In this document: in pieces, positions 1 through 11,613 of the stretch | Layout: each line of letters starts with the position of its first letter | Numbering within the stretch: the stretch's first letter is position 1 | Source: Octopus bimaculoides | Lineage: Eukaryota | DNA: 44,342 nucleotides | Reading direction: 5' to 3' | NCBI RefSeq assembly: GCF_001194135.2 | Contig: NC_069001.1 | Span: 17,873,518-17,917,859, forward strand | Position numbers and translations under genes: made by a program | Notes under the pieces: generated by a model | Database searches by the model: none | What the model was told of the DNA's origin: nothing | Seen by the model: only the letters and a program-made list of their open reading frames with translations

Positions 1-402
1 CCTGTTGTTGCTACTGTTGCCAATATTGGTGTTGGAGTTGGGGCCGCTGGTGCTGGTGATGCTGAAGGAGGTGGTGGCGTCCGTAATGCCATCGCCACTG
101 CCGGTTATGGAGAAGGCGCTGTTGTTGTGAATATTGTTGTTATTAGAATTATTGCAGTCTTCGCCAACGGTGGGGGAGCTGCCACTGCTGCTAGAGGTGT
201 CATTAGCCGTGGTTATGCCGGTACTTCTGCTAGGGCCGCTGTCGCTGCTGCTGCTGCTGTCGCCGTTATAGATGGTAATGGCTGTCAGGTCTGCTACTGT
301 CGACGTCAGTGAAGCAGGTGTTGATGGTGGTGCTGTTGTTGTTGTTAGCGATGCTGCCGTCGTGGGGGTTACCAAGGATCCTTTCTGTTTTGTTGCCAGC
401 AT
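1..402 (-). CDS. Probable first coding exon of an unidentified gene; Ser/Thr/Asn-rich low-complexity N-terminus running off the window edge
   Basis: The minus frame has no stop from 456 to 1; the other two minus frames contain stops. ATG at 402 gives MLATKQKGSLVTPTTAASLTTTTAPPSTPAS...SSSSSDSGPSRSTG...NNSNNNNIHNN...GNSSNNR (134 codons). A CpG-rich, promoter-like region lies upstream. No domain is recognisable. The ORF track omits it because it has no stop in the window. Confidence 0.55.
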   Translation of the reverse strand, partial: MLATKQKGSLVTPTTAASLTTTTAPPSTPASLTSTVADLTAITIYNGDSSSSSDSGPSRSTGITTANDTSSSSGSSPTVGEDCNNSNNNNIHNNSAFSITGSGDGITDATTSFSITSTSGPNSNTNIGNSSNNR

Positions 403-439
403 CAATTTTCTCTTCGACTTGATTTCATATTCAGTGTAA

Positions 440-760
440 TGATACACTTTTATAGGCTAATTAATGACGTGAAAGTAATTTTCGCTATAAATCAATGAAT
501 AAAGAGTTATTAGTAATTAAAGTTTGAAAATTTTGGTAATTTTATCCAATCGTAAGCCACATACACATTCATGGCTGTTTCGATAGTAAGAAGCGAAACA
601 TGAGAACTCTTTTGTTTCTCAACGTGCCTGTTACCATAGTAACAAGCGAATCTGAACAGCCTTTTATCGGCGAGGAAGCACGTGTTGATAAATTTGACGT
701 TGTGTTGTGTTCTGTGTGATCATGGCAGCAAACTCCAGGAACTTCGCTTCTATTATGGAA
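440..760 (-). promoter_or_regulatory. CpG-rich promoter-like region of the left gene
   Basis: Non-repetitive and visibly CpG-richer than the flanks. It has TATAAAAG on the minus strand (454-447), CCAAT at 546-550, TGACGT cores and the X-box. The TSS cannot be fixed from sequence. Confidence 0.4.
630..643. promoter_or_regulatory. RFX X-box motif GTTACCATAGTAAC
   Basis: Exact match to the 14-bp X-box consensus GTHNYY-AT-RRNAAC, about 230 bp upstream of the ATG at 402. Confidence 0.6.
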
Positions 761-1827
761 ACATTGAAAACAGAGGAGGATATTTTTAAAATTAAAACCG
801 AAAGTTAAATGTTTGTTTTTTTAAACATATTTAAATTGTAATTAAACATATTTAACTTATTTATTTGATGTTTGTTTCTTTTTGTCTTTGAGCATTGAGG
901 TGGTTATGAGGTATGCTAAAAACAACAGCATTTTTGGATAAATCTTTTAAATTAAAGTTTATTTGCCAACATCTCGCCCAGATATTTAAAACTAACTGCT
1001 TTTCTCTTTTAAATTAACATAAACATTTATTTACATGAAAGAAAATTACCGGAGAACTTTCATTTAATTCTAAATCTTTCTGTGAAAAATTGTAATGTGT
1101 TTCTCGCATGTAAAGTGTTGTTTATCGCATTTGCATTAAATACTGGTGGTTGTGAGGTGTGCTAAAAATAACAGGTAAATAAGATTTATTTACATGAAAG
1201 AGAATTACCGGAGACATAACACGTGTTGTTTACAAATATATTGACATGTGCTATTTCCAGGATGTTGACTACAAAATGTGCAGTCACGCATAAAATGACA
1301 GCTTCCAAATCCTGTTTCCTGACTGAGTGAAAATGATCAAACTTTAAACCTCTGTAGCTTTTTAAAAACATTTTTCTGGAAAAAGTGAAATAACTCCAGC
1401 AATTCAGTTTGGGCAAGTGTATTATTTATGCCAATTTTTTTAATTTTCGGTAAACCTTAATCTTTGGAACCGCTGGCATCCAAACACAAAAGATCCGTTA
1501 CCAAAGCTGTCGCTGGTGTTATTAATGCTAACGTTGGGATCTATTTTAAAACGGGGGCCACATTTTTCATTAATGTTTAACGTAGTGTTTTTGGTACGGA
1601 AAGACTTTCAAACTTCGTATACTTATCTATTTTGTGTTATAGAACAGAAAAATATTTTTGTATTCGAATTTATTTCATATAAAAAATTGTCTTATTTCGA
1701 TAATTTCAACCAATCACTGACAAGTATTCAGTTGTTTAGATTTACTCCTTTGGCTGATTAAGCGATGTAAAGCGTATTTAATCTCCATACCTTCGTTTTA
1801 TTTACTTTTTTCATTTTAAATTTGCTT

Positions 1828-1853
1828 TAACCCTAACCCTAACCCTAACCCTA
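1828..1853. repeat. (CCCTAA)n telomere-type hexamer tract running into an assembly gap
   Basis: taaccc x4 plus ta, immediately followed by N from 1854. Confidence 0.85.
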
Positions 1854-2828
1854 NNNNNNNNNNNNNNNNNNNNNNNNNNNNNNNNNNNNNNNNNNNNNNN
1901 NNNNNNNNNNNNNNNNNNNNNNNNNNNNNNNNNNNNNNNNNNNNNNNNNNNNNNNNNNNNNNNNNNNNNNNNNNNNNNNNNNNNNNNNNNNNNNNNNNNN
2001 NNNNNNNNNNNNNNNNNNNNNNNNNNNNNNNNNNNNNNNNNNNNNNNNNNNNNNNNNNNNNNNNNNNNNNNNNNNNNNNNNNNNNNNNNNNNNNNNNNNN
2101 NNNNNNNNNNNNNNNNNNNNNNNNNNNNNNNNNNNNNNNNNNNNNNNNNNNNNNNNNNNNNNNNNNNNNNNNNNNNNNNNNNNNNNNNNNNNNNNNNNNN
2201 NNNNNNNNNNNNNNNNNNNNNNNNNNNNNNNNNNNNNNNNNNNNNNNNNNNNNNNNNNNNNNNNNNNNNNNNNNNNNNNNNNNNNNNNNNNNNNNNNNNN
2301 NNNNNNNNNNNNNNNNNNNNNNNNNNNNNNNNNNNNNNNNNNNNNNNNNNNNNNNNNNNNNNNNNNNNNNNNNNNNNNNNNNNNNNNNNNNNNNNNNNNN
2401 NNNNNNNNNNNNNNNNNNNNNNNNNNNNNNNNNNNNNNNNNNNNNNNNNNNNNNNNNNNNNNNNNNNNNNNNNNNNNNNNNNNNNNNNNNNNNNNNNNNN
2501 NNNNNNNNNNNNNNNNNNNNNNNNNNNNNNNNNNNNNNNNNNNNNNNNNNNNNNNNNNNNNNNNNNNNNNNNNNNNNNNNNNNNNNNNNNNNNNNNNNNN
2601 NNNNNNNNNNNNNNNNNNNNNNNNNNNNNNNNNNNNNNNNNNNNNNNNNNNNNNNNNNNNNNNNNNNNNNNNNNNNNNNNNNNNNNNNNNNNNNNNNNNN
2701 NNNNNNNNNNNNNNNNNNNNNNNNNNNNNNNNNNNNNNNNNNNNNNNNNNNNNNNNNNNNNNNNNNNNNNNNNNNNNNNNNNNNNNNNNNNNNNNNNNNN
2801 NNNNNNNNNNNNNNNNNNNNNNNNNNNN
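1854..2828. other. Assembly gap (others at 5935-6324, 15321-15520, 24358-24884, 27740-28500, 37162-37171, 42351-43025)
   Basis: N runs. All X-containing ORFs in the track are gap artefacts. Confidence 0.99.
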
Positions 2829-3460
2829 GCCAAAGAGGACAGAGGGGAACTGTTTCTAAGGGTATGAGGGATATACAACCCGATGAAGTCGCATACGTCA
2901 GCGCTGTCGTAGGCTCCCATTGCTATGTCAAAGGATCCCGTGAGGTCGGATTGCTTGACCCATGCCGAACCTTTGTTGAACAGCACTGTCTTTCTGGCAT
3001 GCATAATAATTTTTATATCTGTCGCTAATGTTAGTAAAGCCCCTAGCAAAAGAAAGCGCCTTGGTTAGTAGCCCTTTTGATATAGACGGGCAAAAATCAA
3101 CTCTATCAAATTGGGTGAACCTTGCTCTGCCTCTTCCCTTGTTGGTGTTAAACCATGCGGTGACTTCGTTGGAGCAACGTCACAGAGAAAGGTTGGTGGC
3201 CCTCCTTATGCTGTTATTGATATCTCTCAGTACGTGTTTGCTCGCCAGACCGATCTTGGATTTGACCGGATTGATCAAGCGGCATTTAGGGTTTCAGACA
3301 AAGTTCGGCTTCTGATCCTTTATGGATATGAAAGCGTTTCTTTTAGCTAGGCTCTCTAACCAATCTGCTATCTCTTGTTCGTTAGCTAATTTTTTGGCTT
3401 CACTGTTAATGTCGCTTTATGTGTGCAAGGGAACGCGCCTATACTTTCGCATCGGAGATC
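2829..3460 (-). mobile_element. Penelope-like retroelement reverse transcriptase fragment (5'-truncated, disrupted)
   Basis: Joined minus frames read INSEAKKLA...[40 protein letters not shown]...RFTQFDRVDFCPSISKGLLTKALSFA...DIKIIMHARKTVLFNKGSAWVKQ...FDIAMGAYDSADVCDFIGLYI. This matches the PLE RT type with the IIMHARK / FDVTMGSYDGAE.CELVG signature. Confidence 0.85.
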
Positions 3461-3469
3461 GGTGATTGT

Positions 3470-3514
3470 CGTACGCTGAGGACGGGTAAATATCCAGAAA
3501 CTCGAGTCCGTGCG
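3470..3514 (+). ncRNA. Minimal type I hammerhead ribozyme A (PLE pseudo-LTR)
   Basis: cgtacg-CTGAGGA-cgggtaaatatcca-GAAA-ctcgag-TC-cgtgcg. Stem I is 6 bp, stem II is ggg-t/a-tcc, stem III is the palindrome ACTCGAGT, and GUC cleavage is predicted after 3508. Confidence 0.8.
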
Positions 3515-3715
3515 TATCACGTGATCAAGATGGGAAGGATGACTTCCCTTTGCAAATACAGACAGGACACAGATGTGTGTCAATAGTCAGCTGGAGGAGA
3601 TGTTCTCCTGGGGCTAAAAGCAACAGTAACATTCACCCTTAGGGTTTAGCCGCATTTAAGTGGCAAATATACTTCACGTTGTCGTGCAGTTACTGTTCAG
3701 AGATTTAACATTGCT

Positions 3716-3808
3716 ATATATAAATATATATATATATATATTATGTATGTGTGCACACTTATACATATCATTTCTGCAAATATTTATATATGTATGTATA
3801 TATATTTT

Positions 3809-3840
<32 letters not shown>

Positions 3841-3860
3841 TATACACACATATATACATG

Positions 3861-3948
<88 letters not shown>

Positions 3949-3990
3949 TGTATGCATACGTATATGTGTGTGTGTATATATATATTATAT
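3716..3990. repeat. Compound (TA)n/(TATG)n/(TG)n microsatellite
   Basis: Directly visible. It generates the spurious VCVC/THTH ORFs. Confidence 0.97.
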
Positions 3991-4013
3991 GTGTGAGCTT
4001 TGTGGCTGAACCA

Positions 4014-5520
4014 GTTTCACTACACAATTGACTACTGGAAAACAGTGGATAATGGCAATGCAGATGCTCTTAGTCGCTCACCATTTGGAAATGACGACTT
4101 CGACAAGGAGGAACGCGGTGAAAACATAGACAAGGTGTGCGCTATTAGAGTTCTCAGTCTTCAATTCAAGCCTTTAGACGGAAACATCCTCCGTCCAGAA
4201 TCTGGGAAAGATCCAGTGATAACTGCAGTAATGCGCTATGTCCGCGAAGGGTGGCCACGGAAGCATACTGAGACCAATGATGAAGTCGAAAAGTTCCGGA
4301 AGTTGTTGGATTCACTCAGTATCTACTACAGATGCCTCATCCATGGATCAAGGGTTGTGATTCCACAGAGCCTACAGTCCAATATCCTAGACCTCCTGCA
4401 TATCAGACACTTCAGCATGGAACGTATGAAGCAATTAGCAAAAACCGCTGTCTACTGGCCCGGTATTGATGCAGCTATTGAAATGGCTAGTCGACGATGT
4501 GACTCGTTAGGTGAACATCAAAACAAGCTATCCAAGCCTGCAGTTCACCCATGGATGCTACCAAAGAAGTCATGGAGCTGCTTATACATGGAGCTGCTTA
4601 TACATGGAGCTGCTTATACATGGATCATGCCATCAACTTCATGGCTGGTGAACACAGACGCTTTCTCACGATATCTATGTATTCATCCAACGTCATCCAC
4701 ATCCACTAGAGCCACTCTAGATTTGCTGGAAAAGGACTTCGCTAACTTCGGACATCCTCACACGCTGGTCACAGATAATGCATCAACTTTCCTTTCTGAA
4801 GAATTTCAGAGCTGTTGCAAAGAACGTGACAGGTGCACCATACCATCTAGCTACTAACGAAGCAGCAGAACGTTTGGTGCAGTCTTCAAACAACCACAAA
4901 GAAAGTCTTCTCTGCCCACTAAACGAGCTCTTCGGAAGTTTTTGATGCAGTACCGAAGAACGCCTAATCCTTTCGGATTAGGATTCGGACTAAGATAGAC
5001 TCTCTGCTGCCCTCTCCAGCACACATAGCTCAAGGCAAGCAATCCAAGGTGTCATCAAAGGCGAAAATGACAACAGACTAAGGAGGTGTCGCCAAGGTAA
5101 TCAAACAGTACAAGAGTGTTGATCCTGTAAATGCACTGTACTATGGACCTTGCCGTGACAAGCAGTCCCGATGGGTAGCAGCAGTCGTCACGAAGTCTTT
5201 GGGTACTCGCTGTTGTAACGTCAAGGTTTTTCCTCGTGGTGCAGTATGGAGGCGACACTGAGAACAACTATGTTCGCGTTCTGCAGACGACTGCGAACTT
5301 GGCGATGAGACTGACAGTATTTCCGAGTTTCCAACAGATCATCCAATGGAAATCCTGGAAGAAGTGTCACAAACTCAGAGACAGACCAGACCACTTCTAT
5401 CCAAAACCAAACCGCTTGTACCAGAGTATGAAGCGGACAACTCAAGAGGATCCAAAAGAACACCCAAGCCTAGGAAGAGACTTTGTTGTTGATTCTTCTA
5501 GTGTAGCATCAGTTTCGTTT
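4014..5520 (+). mobile_element. Gypsy/Ty3 LTR retrotransposon pol remnant (end of RNase H plus integrase), degenerate
   Basis: NADALSR, then the HHCC-type zinc-finger region LLHIRHFSMERMKQLAKTAVYWPGIDAAIE...C, then integrase core LVTDNASTFLSEEFQ. Frameshifted continuation includes AERLVQSFK-like and YRRTP segments. Confidence 0.9.
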
Positions 5521-5524
5521 GGGG

Positions 5525-5934
5525 TTTGTTGTGGAGATCGCGAGCCAATAGAATTCAAAGCTCTGGAACTCGCGAGAACGTTCACAAGGCGTCTCGATTT
5601 TTGTTTACGTTGTTATTACAGTCTTGAGTTTTACAGTTGGAATAAACAGACTTCACACCTATCTGGAGCACCACTGTGTTTTCTTCTTAGCGAGTAAATG
5701 AGAGAGGTATATTGAACCACAGACAACACACCTATCTGGATTATAACTCTATTCTTTGTAAGTTGTGGTGAACCCAAACAGCCACGACGGGAAGCAAAAC
5801 GGAAAAGGGATTTAACGAGAGTAATCTACCTCGAACTTCTAGAATGTTCGAAAGCTTTGTGGAAGATTCCGGTTTACGTGGAAGTCGGGGACTTCCGGTT
5901 CATCCCTTATATAAGGGAAGGGATTTCTAAATTC
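5525..5934 (+). mobile_element. Probable LTR sequence following the Gypsy internal region
   Basis: Follows the pol end and contains AATAAA (~5641), a repeated cacacctatctgga and TATATAAGG (~5908). The end is lost in a gap, and no second LTR is available for confirmation. Confidence 0.4.
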
Positions 5935-8900
5935 NNNNNNNNNNNNNNNNNNNNNNNNNNNNNNNNNNNNNNNNNNNNNNNNNNNNNNNNNNNNNNNNNN
6001 NNNNNNNNNNNNNNNNNNNNNNNNNNNNNNNNNNNNNNNNNNNNNNNNNNNNNNNNNNNNNNNNNNNNNNNNNNNNNNNNNNNNNNNNNNNNNNNNNNNN
6101 NNNNNNNNNNNNNNNNNNNNNNNNNNNNNNNNNNNNNNNNNNNNNNNNNNNNNNNNNNNNNNNNNNNNNNNNNNNNNNNNNNNNNNNNNNNNNNNNNNNN
6201 NNNNNNNNNNNNNNNNNNNNNNNNNNNNNNNNNNNNNNNNNNNNNNNNNNNNNNNNNNNNNNNNNNNNNNNNNNNNNNNNNNNNNNNNNNNNNNNNNNNN
6301 NNNNNNNNNNNNNNNNNNNNNNNNTTGGCTGTTATTTCTAGCATTTGGATGGCCTGCTTGAAGGCCTGTGGGTATATATATCCTTTTTTTTTTTTTTTTC
6401 TTGTTGAAAAATTGAAACTTTACAAATTATTTTCAGAACCGTAATCTTCGTATTTTTCTACGTATTTCGCAAAAACAAACGTGATATTCCGTAAAAAAAA
6501 ATCAATATATATCCATTTTACCCGAAGTTATGACGGAAAAATTGGATCTTGTGAATTTTCCGAAAGTCCCCTCCCAACTCTACCGACCCCCACCCCCATG
6601 GTCGTCAGCTGGCTAATTTTTTTTTTGTTCCCGGGTGAAGGTCTTTATATTGACCAAAACTGCTGAATAGTGGAACAGATAACTATGATGATTGATATCA
6701 TATCCGTGTTATAACTTATACTGATAGCTACTATATATATAGTAGAAATATCGAGAGGTAAAAAGTTAATGTATACTAAATTGGAGTAAAAGAGAATATT
6801 CATTTCTAAGTGGTAATGTTCTAGAAATAAAATAACACGTTAATAAAAGATAGAATAGCGATACGTGGATGAGTAGAGAAGGGAGGTAATTCTATCACAG
6901 TAGATAAAGTTATCTCCCTGTATATTTTTAGAGATTGCTATAATACTTAAATTAACGACAAGCAAAAATGGATCTCGCAACAAATTATATTTTTAGAAAT
7001 TCACATTATAGCTTCAATGATTAATAAACGAATGTTTGGCGGTGCAGGCGTTAACACACTGGACTTTAAATCCAGCGTTTCCGTTTCAAATCCCAGAAAC
7101 TTCAGTGGTGAGTTCGTCACTAAAATTTCTGTGATTCTGAAGCTCATTTCGCAGTCACGCTGTTCTCGGTTCGATCTCACTGCTCGGTAAATGTGAGCCT
7201 ATGTTTTCTTACTATAAGCTTAGACTGGCCAATATTTTGTGATTGAAATTTAGTAGACAAAACAACACAGAAGTCTGTAGAGTGTGTGTGTGTGTGTGCG
7301 CGCGCGCTCACACACACAACTAATGCTCGAGTGGTACCTAAGGGCCCAACATGCTAGAAATAGCAGTAAAACATGTAGCGTACCTGTCGTGCCTGAGTGG
7401 ATTGTGTCAAGGCTAAATATAAAAGCCCGGAAAGGGACACAGCAGGCAGCCACGACGCATGCGCAAAACATAACAGCCCATAGATAAAACTGAAGTCGTG
7501 AAAGGCATATAAGGAACCCGACTGACAGGATTCTTCCTCTTTTTCCCTTTGGGCAGTCAGCTCGCCAACTTCCCACAACTAGGAATGCTAGCTCTCCTTC
7601 TTAATTTCAACACCTTACACCTGGTGTAGCGATGCCTCTGTCACAGTAGGTACCATCAAACACTGAGTACACACATTTAATCACTAGTACCAGAATGCCA
7701 TAACATCACTCCAACATTGCCCCAGCCTTTGTATATCTTGCCACGAATCTCCACCAAAATATAAATTGTTATATTTAGTGAGTGTTTATTCTTCATTTAC
7801 ACGCAGCCCACATCTAATCATCACATTTCCAACCAAATAATGAATACACATATAACCTCACTAAAAACACATATGTATACTAACGGACTGCTTCGCTTAA
7901 TGGTACAGAGCACTACTTGGAATTTGTGAGGTACGGTATTCGAATACCCGTTACCCACTTCAGGCAACTTCTTATATATACAGTTATATGTATATAGACT
8001 GAACTGGTTACAACATTCCAAGTACTTAGCTCCAGGGCACCTTAACCATCCACAAGTGTTGGCATACAGACATTAGAACAGAATGTAGCAGTAAAAGGTT
8101 AACCAAGAGTCTTTAAGTGAATGCAGCCCAGCCTCCGAATCTTTTGTTTGGCTGCACCTGTGGAAAACTTAAAGTTTAATGAAAAATTTTTAATTTGATG
8201 TATTGATGTAATTTTCCATGCTGAATCTCAGGAGATAATTCACTTTTTAAGGTTGAAACACTTCTCTGAGGGGAGGAAGGTTCTTCTCTGAAGACCTGCT
8301 CCCGATAGAATTTCTTACTATGACATGCAATCAGCAAGAATACGTAGTGTGGACATGTATGTGTGAATGCGCGCGCGCATGCTGACAATTTAAGAGTGAT
8401 GTCCCTTCTTCACAAATAGCTTATGCAGAATTAACTTTCCCTGTGTGCTAATATGAAGTAACATCAGCTAAAAATACTTGTCAAGAACAGGAATCGTTAC
8501 TGCGCTGGACAAAATTTAAGGCTGCAGTTTGAAAGAAGTAAAATACTTGTTTCAGACATTAAACTGTGGCCATTCTGCAGCATTGCCTTGAAAAATTTTT
8601 TTTTTAGTCGAATGAATCGATTAACTTTTTAAGCCTGGCACTTATTCTGTCGGTTTCTTTTGCCGAACCGTTAAGTTAAAGGACATAAACATACCAACAC
8701 CGACGTCAAGAGCTATTGGGGACAAACACAAAGACACACATGCATACATACATAATACATACGTGCGTACGTACATACATACATAATTATATGTAAAGGT
8801 AAGATCTAGGGAGCCAGGTGTAAGAAGTTAGTAAGCTTCGAACAGTCCGTAGAAGGTATGAAAAACAACTTTCAGGAACAACAGTGGCTTAAGGACGTAG

Positions 8901-9213
8901 AAGTTTGTAAATTTTTCCCATATCGAAGTTCGACGGTTGCTATGTTTGCGAATAAAAATTTTAATTCTAGTGATGGACCAGGTAAAATCCAGGCTGCATA
9001 TGTTTCCTAGTTAGCAGAATTTCGGAAGTAGTAATTACTCAATGAAAATTAGTCCAAAGCACAGGGTGGAAGAACAAAAAGGAAGAACATATGTCTGAAA
9101 AAATGATATATGAGAGAGGGCAAATGTCTAGAGTAGTTAAGAAAAAGAATAACAATAAAGAAAAGGGATGAAGTGAGAGAAAGAGCAAATGGAACTCGCG
9201 AGATTATTTATTT

Positions 9214-9288
9214 ATCACTACGATCGTTTCGGCCCATCGTACATAGATCTCTTGTATCATTCGGTGCCGATGTCCTTCGTCAGGTAAC
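9214..9288 (-). ncRNA. Type I hammerhead ribozyme B (PLE pseudo-LTR)
   Basis: The minus strand reads gttac-CTGACGA-aggacatcg...cgatgggcc-GAAA-cgatcg-TA-gtgat. Stem I is gttac/gtgat, stem II is gg(a)catcg/cgatg(gg)cc, stem III is the palindrome ACGATCGT, and the GUA site cleaves between 9219 and 9218. Confidence 0.8.
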
Positions 9289-9539
9289 TTTTTAAAAAAT
9301 ACTTCGCTCATTAAACCCAGTTTTGCTTATTTCGATTATAACACATTTCGATATTGCCTGTAGTTCGTTGCGTACGGGGGGAGGGAATCATGGTTTGGAA
9401 TGAAGTATAGTTCTTTTTATAAGTAAGTCATGAACCTACTTACAATCAATCATAAATAAAATACGTATATAAGAAGCAAAAATAAAATAAGTGAACAATC
9501 AGCAGGTTAATCAGGTACTATGCTTGTGCTGATAAAGAT

Positions 9540-10800
9540 ACCCATATAAAGTCATAAAATGATAAGACAATCATGTATGATATGAAGAGTCAAAACATCT
9601 TTTTCCAATGAAAATGTAATGTACGTTAATGTATAGTCAAATCACCCACCTTCTATAATAAAGGGACTAGTAAAAAACATATCTATTAGAATATCAATGC
9701 TATCAGCGAATGACGCAATTTTTAATGCCCACACACACTATTATAATGTTGCATTGGCTAGGACTGGATACAGAGAAAACATGAAATATATATACGATAA
9801 TATATGTAACTCTTATAACCAAAACGTTAGGTAAACTAGACCCAACATAAAAAGACATAGATGCAGACACCGAACTGACATAGATCATATGAATGGCCCA
9901 ATAATTAAAACACCAACGATAAAACAGAGACTGCTAGTGAAACACACCAAAATATAAGACTAATACAACACATATCATACATTAGAAGCAATAAAGTGAA
10001 CAAAAGATACAAAAAAATCCGACGTCTTGTGGTACAACCCGATCTATGTATCACATTTATCATCGAGGATTGCGAAGGAGTTTTTTTTTACCACAGTGGA
10101 TAGGTATTTTCCTAAGTCCAATAAATATGTAACCGGCACACCATGAAAGTATCGCATGCAACTCTAGTAACTTAGAACACCGCATACACAGAATCAATAA
10201 TGGGAAACTGAAGTAAGAGTTAAAAAATGAACCTGGGTCCATAACAAAAGACAATTTTTCCACAAGGTACTCAGAAAATGAAACCAACAGGATAAATAGG
10301 CACAGTGTAAATACAATCAACAGTGAACATACTGAAAATTCCAACGCTAACGACATGAATTACAGCAGTAATCAATTCAGCGATAACCTGTTGGGGCCAT
10401 ATAATAAAAGAGATAGCGAGAGAACTAAAACAAGAAATAGAAGGGAAAAAAAGGATAATAAACATAAAGATGCACCAAACAACAAATGCACATGCAAGGA
10501 CAAAACAAAATGTCCTTTGCAGAACCTATGTATGTGTCAAAATGTGGTATGCTAATGCACAATGAAGATCAGAGGAGGCCCATATGTATATATAAGAGCA
10601 TCAGCGCCGATTTTTTTTTTAACTCGATATTGAAATCACGTCGTCAGTTTCAACAGGGCAAGTATGCACACCTACATGATGCTCTTTCCAGGAAGTGCAG
10701 ACTATGTTCAGAAGAATCACTAAGCATATTGTTGAGCAATGAAAATTTTACTAACAAATTCTCAGAATATAATAGAGGTAATTAAGGATAATAGCCATCC
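9540..10800 (+). mobile_element. Penelope-like element remnant: RT C-terminus, linker and GIY-YIG endonuclease, heavily mutated
   Basis: SNHPPSIIKGLVKNISIRISMLS...YYNVALARTGY; VLWYNP...VDRYFPKSNKY; CTCKDKTKCPLQNLCMCQNVV (PLE Cys motif); Y.SISADFF..RY.NH..SFN; SRKCRLCSEESLSIL. Confidence 0.8.
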
Positions 10801-11164
10801 AACCAAATCTCTCCTTCAGTAGAAACACTCTGGTATAAACGTTAAGGATATACACTATGAAATTACTTTCTGAATCTAGTGTTCTTTGAAGTTGATAATG
10901 TACCTATGATTGTCACAAAATATTTTCTACTGAATGATGAACAGATCATCAACATGTGCACTGTAAGATGCAATATATGCAAAATTAGACTGAAATGTGT
11001 TATTAACTATTATTGATTGTATAATCAATGAATGTATATATACTGACTATATCCTTATTGTTTGAGCCTAATGTATACTATATTATTGATATTGTATCTC
11101 ATTGTATGTAAACACCCACGTTTTGTGCATATAACTACACACATCATTCGACAGATCATCCATT

Positions 11165-11572
11165 GTTTGAAAGAATATGTGTGTGCAAATATGCGAATAT
11201 AGCCGGGGGGAGATGGACAAAGATGCATGAATACTCGTATGTGTAATTAAAATACATATATGTCCGAGAATTCTACGAGGTATATTACAATGGAAAATAC
11301 CAAACGGAATCTCACCTTTTATCTCTCATGCTTCTTCCTCCTTTAACTTATTCTATGTGATATAATTCTTGGGAAAGAATACATTTGTGGCTGAAGATAG
11401 CTTTATACTATCAATTATATACCAATAATGATGCAACAACTATAAAGCTTGAAACACATGTACCGCAGAATCCTTTGTGTTTTGTTTTTATTTTTACATA
11501 TTAATCTATATATGTATACGTGTATGTATGCTTATGGGTGTATATGCCAATGGTACATATATAAAGAGGTTA

Positions 11573-11613
<41 letters not shown>

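Noticed and set aside
127-312. Plus-strand 61-aa Ala/Gly/Val ORF
   Set aside because: It is the antisense shadow of the Ser/Asn/Thr-rich minus-strand frame.
575-603. TGTTTCG...CGAAACA hairpin in the promoter
   Set aside because: It has GAAAC but no CUGAnGA core, so it is not a hammerhead. A 7-bp stem is too weak to call.
3660-4031. Track ORFs rich in VCVC/THTH/YIYI/SLSL (also near 15.3, 19.7, 28.6, 32.6 and 34.7 kb)
   Set aside because: They are translations of microsatellites or run through N gaps.
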